The notes under the pieces are model-generated. The model was not told the origin of the DNA and did not search any database. It worked only from the letters and a program-made list of their open reading frames with translations. DNA of 32,000 nucleotides from Candidatus Saccharimonadota bacterium (lineage in GTDB: Bacteria; Pseudomonadota; Gammaproteobacteria; Enterobacterales; Enterobacteriaceae): assembly GCF_023585745.1 (NCBI RefSeq), contig NZ_CP097762.1, positions 480,001 to 512,000 of the forward strand, in the 5' to 3' direction. A program made the position numbers and the translations under genes. Position 1 is the stretch's first letter, and every line of letters starts with the position of its first letter. Positions 22,222 through 30,204 of the stretch are shown here, one piece after another.

Positions 22222-23988
22222 ATGAATATTCAAATACTTTTACTTAAAAAAATACATCAAACTTTATTACCAATTATCAATAAATCTCTTTTATCTACAA
22301 TACAAGTTCAACAATCAACACAAAAAAAATTTGGAAACTATCAAATTAATGGAATAATCAAACTGTCTAAAAAAATAAATATTCCTATTGAAACACTTCT
22401 AAAAAAAATTATTAATGTTATTAACTTAAATAATATTGCTAAAAAAATAACAATCGAAAAACCAGGATTTATTAACATATCTTTATGCCCAAAATGGATA
22501 TCTATACAACTTAACAATATTTTTATTACATCTAATTTAGGGGTTATACCAACAACTACTGCAAAAACTATTGTCATTGATTATTCTAGCCCAAATATCG
22601 CAAAAGAAATGCATGTTGGACATTTAAGATCTACGGTAATTGGAGATAGTATCGCTCGTATTTTATCGTTCTTAGGACATAATGTAATTAGAGTAAATCA
22701 TCTAGGAGATTGGGGTACACAATTTGGCATGCTTATTGCATATATAGCAACACATATTCAAAAGGAGCTTTTACTAAATCATCAGATAACAACATTATCT
22801 AAATTAGAAAGTTTCTATCGTAAAGCAAAAAAAATTTATGATAACGATCCTAAATTTGCTGAATTATCCAGACATTATGTCGTTAAATTACAACAAGGCA
22901 ACAAACAATGCTCTCAAATATGGAAACAACTAGTAGACATCTCCATCCTAAATAATCAAGATACATATAAACGATTAAATATCACTTTAAAAAAACACCA
23001 CATCATGGGAGAAAGTTTTTATCATCACATGGTACCAGATATTATAACAGATCTAAAAAATAAAAAATTAGCGGTTAAAAGTAACGGAGCAACTGTAGTA
23101 TTCCTTAAAAATTCTCATCAAAGACATAATTCTTCTGACTTCGGAGTTATTATACAAAAAAAAGATGGTGCATATTTATATAGCACAACTGATATTGCTT
23201 GCATAAAATATCGTTGTGAAACTTTAAAAGCTGATCGAATTATTTATTATACTGATTCTAGACAAAAACAACACTTATCTCAAATATGGGAAATCGCTAA
23301 AGCAGCTAACTATATAAAAAAAACAACTATATTAGAACATCACGTTTGTGGCATGTTATTAGGAAAAGACGGGAAACCATTTAAATCACGTTCTGGTTAT
23401 ACTGTAAAATTAAAAACATTACTAGATGAAGCTTTAGAGCACGCTCATAAATTAATATCACAAAAAAAATATAATTTAAAATATAAAAAACAAATCAACA
23501 AAATAGCACATACTATTAGTATAGGAGCTATTAAATACTCCGAATTATCAAAAAATCGTACTACAGATTATATATTCAATTGGGACAATATGTTGAATTT
23601 TAATGGCAAAACCGCTCCATATATACAATACGCATATACTAGGATCTTTTCAATTTTTAAAAAATTTAAAAATTCTAAATATTACCATCACAAATTTACA
23701 AAAAATAATATACAGTTAGAAACTTCGGAAGAAATATCTTTAGCTATATGTTTATTACAATTTGAAGAAACCATCGTTAACACAGCCAATCAAGGCAGCC
23801 CGCATATACTGTGCTCATATCTATATAAAGTTTCTGTGCTATTTTCATCATTTTATGAAAATTGCCCAATTCTTCAGATCAACGATATCTATAAAAAATA
23901 TAGTAGACTTAAATTAGCATTTATTACTGCACGTATTTTAAAGACAGGTTTAAACCTTTTGGGAATTAAAACAATAAGATATATGTAA
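22222..23988 (+). CDS. argS: Arginine--tRNA ligase
   Basis: 588 aa. MNIQILL...VIDYSSPNIAKEMHVGHLRSTVIGDSIARIL.FLGHNVIRVNHLGDWGTQFGMLIA...VIIQKKDGAYLYSTTDIAC.KYR...GKDGKPFKSRSG.TVKL..LLDEA...GAIKYSELSKNRTTDYIFNWDNMLNF.GKTAPYIQYAYTR is colinear with E. coli ArgRS and has the HVGH motif. Confidence 0.97.
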   Translation: MNIQILLLKKIHQTLLPIINKSLLSTIQVQQSTQKKFGNYQINGIIKLSKKINIPIETLLKKIINVINLNNIAKKITIEKPGFINISLCPKWISIQLNNIFITSNLGVIPTTTAKTIVIDYSSPNIAKEMHVGHLRSTVIGDSIARILSFLGHNVIRVNHLGDWGTQFGMLIAYIATHIQKELLLNHQITTLSKLESFYRKAKKIYDNDPKFAELSRHYVVKLQQGNKQCSQIWKQLVDISILNNQDTYKRLNITLKKHHIMGESFYHHMVPDIITDLKNKKLAVKSNGATVVFLKNSHQRHNSSDFGVIIQKKDGAYLYSTTDIACIKYRCETLKADRIIYYTDSRQKQHLSQIWEIAKAANYIKKTTILEHHVCGMLLGKDGKPFKSRSGYTVKLKTLLDEALEHAHKLISQKKYNLKYKKQINKIAHTISIGAIKYSELSKNRTTDYIFNWDNMLNFNGKTAPYIQYAYTRIFSIFKKFKNSKYYHHKFTKNNIQLETSEEISLAICLLQFEETIVNTANQGSPHILCSYLYKVSVLFSSFYENCPILQINDIYKKYSRLKLAFITARILKTGLNLLGIKTIRYM

Positions 23989-24004
23989 AGATTACATGAT
24001 CACA

Positions 24005-25549
24005 TTAGTTTTGTTTACCCAAAAAAACAAAATCTTTTACACGAATACCCACACACCATAAAACAACACAATAACTACTAATAACTAACACTAACACCAT
24101 TATCATTTTAATAAATCTATATATTATACCTCCTTGCGACCAATCAGGTATATATATTAATAACCCTAAACACACTAATAACATTACGAAAATCGATATT
24201 ATTATTCGACTAAAAAACAAAAACCATCTAGATTTATTACAAAAATAATATTTTTTTTTAAAAATCCAGTATAATAAACCTGCATTAAACCATGCACTTA
24301 AACTCACAGAAACAGAAAAAACTACATGTTTTAACACATGAATACATGATATATTAATTACTTGAGCAAAAACCATTGTAATCATTACAATATAAATTGG
24401 AATTCTAATATCAGAACGTGCGTAAAAAGCGGATGTCAAAACCTTAATCAATATTAATGCAGGTAATCCTATTGCATACGCAATTACTGAATACTGTGTC
24501 ATTAACACATCAAATTCTGAAAATTTTCCGTATTTGAATAATGTTATTACCAATGGTTTAGATAAAACACATAAAATAACAACGCATGGCATACTTAACA
24601 CATAAGACAATCGAATCCCGATTTTCACTATGTTAAAATAATCTTTATAATTTTTCTTAAAAATACATCGAGATAAATACGGCGACAAAATAGTAGTTAA
24701 TGTTACTCCAAAAACTCCTATAGGTAATTCCATTAATCTATCTGCATAATACATCCACGAAATAGACCCATCTTGTAAAAAAGAGGCAAGAAAAATATTA
24801 ATAATGAATGATATCTGACTACTTGAAACCACAATTATCGCAGGAATCATCAATCTATATAATCTACATACTCTATTATCATTAAAATGTATTTTTGGAT
24901 AAACTAACATATCAATTTTCTTTAACAAAAACATACAATAAATACACTGTAAGCCACCTCCTACTATTACCGACCAAGCTAATCCTATAATAGAAACATG
25001 ACAATATAAATATTCTGAAAACAACATAAAACTTATCATACTTAAATTCAAAAAAATCGGTGTTAATGATGGCGCAATAAAAATATTATAAGTATTTAAA
25101 ACAATTCCTATTAATGATGCTAATGATATTAATAATATATAAGGAAACATGATTCTAAACATTGAAACAGTAATAGAAAATTTTTCTACAGAATTGTTAA
25201 TTCCAGGAACAGTTGATATAATGATTCTGGGTGCTTCTAGCAAGCCAATGCATATTATAATACTAATTATTAGCATTAAAATACCAGAAACTCTTGAAAT
25301 AAATACTCGTACTTCTTCTGTATTTGCGCAACATCTATATTTTGATAATGTCGATAAAAAAATTTGACAAAACACTCCTTCCGCAAAAATACGTCGTAAT
25401 AAATTAGGTAATCTAAAAGCTATAAAAAATGCATCCGTTATAATCCCAGCCCCAAAATGCCTAGCTATACATGTATCTCTAATAAAACCCAAAACACGAG
25501 ATAACATCGTTACTATACTAGTCATAGTCAATGATTTTAATAAATGCAT
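24005..25549 (-). CDS. murJ: Lipid II flippase MurJ (MviN)
   Basis: 514 aa. [58 protein letters not shown].F...[13 protein letters not shown].VLNT...[13 protein letters not shown].GVFGV parallels E. coli MurJ ([58 protein letters not shown]). Confidence 0.95.
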   Translation of the reverse strand: [514 protein letters not shown]

Positions 25550-25826
25550 ACTATTTTAATGAAACAATATCATAATATATAATATACTTATTATCATTTA
25601 AGTAACCCTATTATTCATAACTAAATTAAAATTTTAAATTTGCACTATTATTCTAAATACTACCTATATAAATAAATATGATATCTAATCAAATCTATAC
25701 CATAATAGATATATCCACTATAATGCCTATATCTCTGATATAATATACCATATGTAATAAAACATATATTTTTACAAAAAATATACAAAATTAAACTATA
25801 TAATCTATTTATATGAAGACAACGTG

Positions 25827-25874
25827 TCAATGACAACACTATTATCTTGATAAAGATAATAGTGTTGTCATTGA
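25827..25874. repeat. 22-bp perfect inverted repeat with a 4-nt loop in the divergent murJ/mdtH spacer; function unknown
   Basis: TCAATGACAACACTATTATCTT (25827-25848), GATA (25849-25852), AAGATAATAGTGTTGTCATTGA (25853-25874). I paired all 22 positions by hand. There is no T-tract after the stem on either strand. Confidence 0.9.
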
Positions 25875-26113
25875 GATAAAAATATTTAATCAACACAACA
25901 TAATTCACTAATTTAATTAATTTTAACTAATAAATCAGAGATGCTATATAAAATATATTTATAAAAATCACCGCACATTTACATTGATCAATGACACATT
26001 CGTACATCTTGTGCTGATACGCTATATACGCTTAAAAATAAATATTGCCACTTTCAAATATTAAGCACATAACACAGTGAATAGTAACTTATATACAATA
26101 TATATGGTGATAC

Positions 26114-27337
26114 ATGGGTACAATATCAAAAGCTAGAAGATCAGGGAAATATTTTTTAATTATAGACAATATGTTTGTGGTAATAGGTTTTTATGTTGTA
26201 TTTCCACTTATCTCAATATATTTTGTAGAACAACTAGGTTGGGGAGCATTTTTAGTAGGATTTGCGTTAGGATTAAGACAATTTATTCAGCAAGGCTTAG
26301 GTATAATAAGTGGAGCATTCGCCGATAAATTAGGTGCTAAACCTATGATTGTCTCTGGACTATTTATGCGAACTCTAGGATTTATTATAATGAGTATGTC
26401 AAATACTCCTATACTATTATGCGTATCATGTATATTCTCCGCTCTAGGAGGAACATTATTTGACCCTCCAAGAACAGCGTTAGTTATAAAATTAGTTCGA
26501 CCATGGGAATTAGGAAGATTTTATTCTATTCTAATGTTAGAAGACAGCATATGCGCTATAATAGGCATAGTGCTAGGTACATGGCTATTACAATATAATT
26601 TTAAACTAGTATGTTTTACTGGAGCAGCGCTATTCTTTATAGCAGGAATTTTTAATGCATGGAGACTACCAGCATATAAAATCTCTAGCTCACATTATTC
26701 ATTATACGAAGGAATAAAAAAAGTTCTCAATAATCAACGCTTTATAATTTATGTTTTTACACTCACCGGTTATTATATTCTATCTGCTCAAGTAATATTA
26801 ATGATACCTATTCGCATTCATGAAATTTCTGGACAATTATCATATATAAAATGGATATACATTATAGAAGCAATTTTATCTCTAATATTCATTATTCCCA
26901 TTAATGTTTGGAGTGAAAAATACTTCACACTAGAAACACGATTAATGATAGGCTTAATAACGATGATAATTAGTTTATTTCCTATTGGATTAGTAACAAA
27001 TCTACATACATTATTAATACTAATTAGCTTATTTTATATTGGATCTATTATTGCTGAACCTGCTAGAGAAACATTGGGAGCGCTATTAACAGATTATAAA
27101 GCACGCAGCAGCTACATAGGCTTTAATAAATTAAGTATTGCTTTAGGAGGCACCTTAGGCTATAGTGGCAGTGGTTGGTTATACGATATCGGAAAAGAAT
27201 ATAACTTTATACAATTACCATGGTTCGTTTTAAGCATGATTGGATTAATCACGTTACTAGGATTGTACTATCAATTTCGACATTATTCTTTTAAATCTTT
27301 ACTGCATAATAATTACCCTAAAAAAAACAAATTTTAA
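26114..27337 (+). CDS. mdtH: MFS multidrug-resistance-type transporter MdtH (YceL)
   Basis: 407 aa. [73 protein letters not shown]...[19 protein letters not shown]...WSEKYF.LE.RLM.GL...[15 protein letters not shown] is colinear with E. coli MdtH (402 aa). Confidence 0.95.
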   Translation: MGTISKARRSGKYFLIIDNMFVVIGFYVVFPLISIYFVEQLGWGAFLVGFALGLRQFIQQGLGIISGAFADKLGAKPMIVSGLFMRTLGFIIMSMSNTPILLCVSCIFSALGGTLFDPPRTALVIKLVRPWELGRFYSILMLEDSICAIIGIVLGTWLLQYNFKLVCFTGAALFFIAGIFNAWRLPAYKISSSHYSLYEGIKKVLNNQRFIIYVFTLTGYYILSAQVILMIPIRIHEISGQLSYIKWIYIIEAILSLIFIIPINVWSEKYFTLETRLMIGLITMIISLFPIGLVTNLHTLLILISLFYIGSIIAEPARETLGALLTDYKARSSYIGFNKLSIALGGTLGYSGSGWLYDIGKEYNFIQLPWFVLSMIGLITLLGLYYQFRHYSFKSLLHNNYPKKNKF

Positions 27338-27559
27338 TTTATGTAAAAATTTTAAGAAATTAATTTAATATAAATTAAATATACATTTAATAAAATTAAA
27401 CTTAAAAAACAAATAAATTCATATTATATAAAACAAAAATATAAAAACTACAACATTCATAAATATTACTCTCTACTCAATGAAAGTAAAATTTTATATA
27501 ACACAAAGTTTATATTAAACTATTATAAAAATGAGGTATATTATATATAGATAGATGCA

Positions 27560-27651
27560 GGTGAGATGTCCGAGAGGCTTAAGGAGCATGCCTGGAAAGC
27601 ATGTATACATACAAAATTAATGTATCAAGGGTTCGAATCCCTTTCTCACCG
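27560..27651 (+). tRNA. tRNA-Ser (anticodon GGA), class II with an enlarged variable arm; CCA is not encoded
   Basis: GGTGAGATGTCCGAGAGGCTTAAGGAGCATGC-CTGGAAA-GCATG...AAGGGTTCGAATCCCTTTCTCACCG folds as a cloverleaf. The acceptor stem is GGTGAGA/TCTCACC, the anticodon stem CATGC/GCATG, the anticodon GGA at 27594-27596, and the T arm AAGGG-TTCGAAT-CCCTT. It is very similar to the E. coli serW/serX tRNA as I recall it. The discriminator G is followed by TAT. Confidence 0.93.
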
Positions 27652-28263
27652 TATTCCTTTCTTCTTACATATCACTAATACTATATTTATAACTGTACTA
27701 TTAACAATATCTATCTATATATTTTTCAATATATATATTATTATTTAAAATAATAAAATTCACTAACATAAAAATATTTATGCACTAAATATATGTCTGA
27801 TGTACAATTAAACAAAAAAATTATATTTAATTATAATTAAATATCTATAATGACTCTAAATTCTATAATAACTAATTATTACGTTTAATAAATTTAAATC
27901 CTAATATAAGATATATTTATATATGAAAATCATGCGCTGTACACATAAAATTAATATGTAATTAATAATATTCTATGCATAAAAGACCTACATATAATAA
28001 TATGTAGTATTGGTATATCTATTTTATAAAAAAATAAAAACACATAAATTTATGCATATAACGATTTATATTCAATATCAATAAATATTAACTCTATATT
28101 ATTTAATAAATAAATAATTATTACTCTAACAATACACTTGACAAATACGTAGCGTTACTACAAAGTAGTAATTAGCATAATTGTTCTTATAATATATTTA
28201 ATATATAAATCTATATTTATTTATAGTAATTCAATTATACAACAATCTATCAAATTTTATAAA

Positions 28264-28357
28264 CGGAGAGAAAGGGATTCGAACCCTTGAAAGATAAAAT
28301 TATTATCTTTAAAACGGCTTTCGAAACCGTCCCGTTCAACCACTCCGGCATCTCTCC
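28264..28357 (-). tRNA. serU: tRNA-Ser (anticodon CGA), class II with an enlarged variable arm; CCA is not encoded
   Basis: The reverse complement reads GGAGAGATGCCGGAGTGGTTGAACGGG-ACGGT-TTCGAAA-GCCGT-TTTAAAGATAATAATTTTATCTTTC-AAGGGTTCGAATCCCTT-TCTCTCCG. The anticodon CGA corresponds to + strand 28321-28323. The acceptor, D and T arms match E. coli tRNA-Ser(CGA). Confidence 0.92.
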
Positions 28358-28557
28358 TAATAATTAATGAACATATAAAACTATAAATACTAAAAAATTA
28401 ACTAACTATCATTATACAATACACATCAACAATATATATTGTTCTCATATTAAAACACAATGCTAAATCAAAAATTACTATTTTTAAAATAAAACACTTG
28501 TATTATTTTAGATACCAAAGTAGTATTATATAATTGTTTTAAAAAATAACATTTGGT

Positions 28558-28630
28558 TCCTCTGTAGTTCAGTTGGTAGAACAACGGACTGTTAATCCGT
28601 ATGTCACTGGTTCGAATCCAGTCAGGGGAG
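28558..28630 (+). tRNA. tRNA-Asn (anticodon GTT); CCA is not encoded
   Basis: TCCTCTGTAGTTCAGTTGGTAGAACAACGGACTGTTAATCCGTATGTCACTGGTTCGAATCCAGTCAGGGGAG is nearly identical to E. coli tRNA-Asn (TCCTCTGTAGTTCAGTCGGTAGAACGGCGGACTGTTAATCCGTATGTCACTGGTTCGAGTCCAGTCAGAGGAG). Confidence 0.96.
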
Positions 28631-28644
28631 TCAAACTTAAAACA

Positions 28645-28672
28645 ACTTTTATATATATAAAAGTGCATTTTT
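28645..28672 (+). terminator. Candidate weak intrinsic terminator downstream of tRNA-Asn
   Basis: A 20-nt perfect palindrome ACTTTTATATATATAAAAGT (28645-28664) lies 14 nt after the tRNA 3' end. It is followed, after GCA, by TTTTT (28668-72). The stem is almost pure A-T, so it is weak, and an AT-rich palindrome of this size is only marginally beyond chance. Confidence 0.3.
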
Positions 28673-28729
28673 ATGCTAAAAAAGCTTTGTTTACTGCATT
28701 GATTTTATCATTTCATTAAAAATTTAGAA

Positions 28730-29713
28730 TTAAATATTAATCCCAGATCTATGTAAATCATGTATGTTTATTAAACCTACTAACGTTCCAATTTTATCTA
28801 TTACTGGAGCAACCGTAATATTGCGCTGATATAAAGCTTTTAAGGCAATACTTGCATGCCATTCTTTAGAAATACAGTATCCAGGTTTAGTCATCGCAAT
28901 ATTTATTGGGTCCTTTAAAGAATGTCCACGCGCTATCCAGCGCCTTAAATCGCCGTCAGTAAACACTCCAATAACACGATTTTTATCATCACATACTGTA
29001 GTTAAACCAATGCCAGTGCGACTCAGTTCAAACATTGCGTCCATTACAGTAACATCTGACCCACACACTTTAGATATATGCTTACCAGTACGCATTAAAT
29101 GATATACATAATTTAATAATTGTGTTCCTATTTTACCTCCTGGATGAGATTTGATAAATTGTTCTAAACTAAATCCTCTATATCTCATAAGAGCTATAGT
29201 AATAGCATCACCCATCATTAAAGTATTCACTGCACTAGAAGTTGGTATAAACGCCATAGGATTTGTTTCTCGTTGTATTTTAATATTTAAAGTACAAGTA
29301 GCACGTTGAGCTAACGGCGAACTCATATCACCAGTTAATGCAATAACTGGGATATTATTACTGACTAACAAAGGCATTAATGTAATAATCTCATAAGTAC
29401 GACCCGAATAAGAAATAAAAATTACTACATCCTTTTGGCTGACCATACCTAAATCACCATGCAATGCTTCTGCAGCATGCACAAAAAAAGCAGGAGTACC
29501 AGTACTAGCTAAAGAGGCCGCAATTTTTTTTCCAATATGCCCTGATTTTCCTATTCCTGACACTACCACTTTTCCCGTACAATTTAATAATATACGACAT
29601 GCAAATATAATGCTTTCATCCAATCTATCTAACATGTTTTGAGCTTCTTGAATCTCAAAACTTAAAGCTTCTTTAGCATATTCTAATAGCAATACATTAT
29701 TAGTAATAATCAT
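28730..29713 (-). CDS. gutQ: Arabinose-5-phosphate isomerase (SIS domain plus CBS pair), GutQ-like paralogue
   Basis: 327 aa. [44 protein letters not shown]...FISYSG...[14 protein letters not shown]...[20 protein letters not shown]...[11 protein letters not shown] matches E. coli GutQ strings ([76 protein letters not shown]). The fit is better than to KdsD ([44 protein letters not shown]). Confidence 0.9.
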   Translation of the reverse strand: [327 protein letters not shown]

Positions 29714-29880
29714 AACTACCGCAATAAATATAATGATATTTACCTAAAACCACCAGAATCATGTAACTTATACCGCATTAGTATAAAAATTGCATGATAT
29801 AAAAACTTATATTCTAACATCAAATTGTCACAAAATACTAAATGTTAGAAATCACATACCATAATTCAATCCACATAAAT

Positions 29881-30204
29881 TTACTCTATAACTGACTCTG
29901 TAAATTTTTTTAACTTTCTAGCTAATTCACGACGTTCCTTTGATAATTCAGCGTTTTTTATAATATATTCATCAATACGATCTTCATAATCATGACGCAT
30001 ATTAGCAATTATAATTTGTATTTCTGTTACAGAAGTTTTAGATTGAATATAATCTCTTAAATTTTTTAATAACAATATTCGCTTTTGATTGTCACGAATT
30101 TTTTTTTCATTATCTATAATTTCTCGTTGTAATTTATTCTTACGCCTAAATATACGCACAAACTCTAATACGTTACCAAACGACTGATTAACTTCATTGT
30201 TCAT
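29881..30204 (-). CDS. yeeX: UPF0265 family protein YeeX
   Basis: The track ORF starts at TTG 30213. I prefer ATG 30204, with AAGG 9 nt upstream. The 107-aa product (...[45 protein letters not shown]......[30 protein letters not shown]) is colinear with E. coli YeeX ([46 protein letters not shown]...[21 protein letters not shown]). Confidence 0.93.
   Translation of the reverse strand: MNNEVNQSFGNVLEFVRIFRRKNKLQREIIDNEKKIRDNQKRILLLKNLRDYIQSKTSVTEIQIIIANMRHDYEDRIDEYIIKNAELSKERRELARKLKKFTESVIE

Noticed and set aside
25660-25908. An 82-aa ORF (GTG start) spanning the 22-bp palindrome in the murJ/mdtH spacer.
   Set aside because: It has a Y/I/L/N-rich junk-like composition, no Shine-Dalgarno sequence, and contains the palindrome itself. 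The non-coding interpretation is more parsimonious.
27566-27748. A 60-aa ORF overlapping tRNA-Ser(GGA), and a 66-aa ORF (28468..28668, minus strand) overlapping tRNA-Asn.
   Set aside because: The tRNA cloverleaves explain the G+C-richer, stop-free sequence. The ORFs are artefacts.
29866-29876. DnaA-box-like strings (CAATCCACA near 29868; ATATCCACT near 25714) and GATC sites, examined for a replication origin.
   Set aside because: They match only 7 of 9 positions, are isolated and unclustered, and the strand skew does not switch anywhere in the window.
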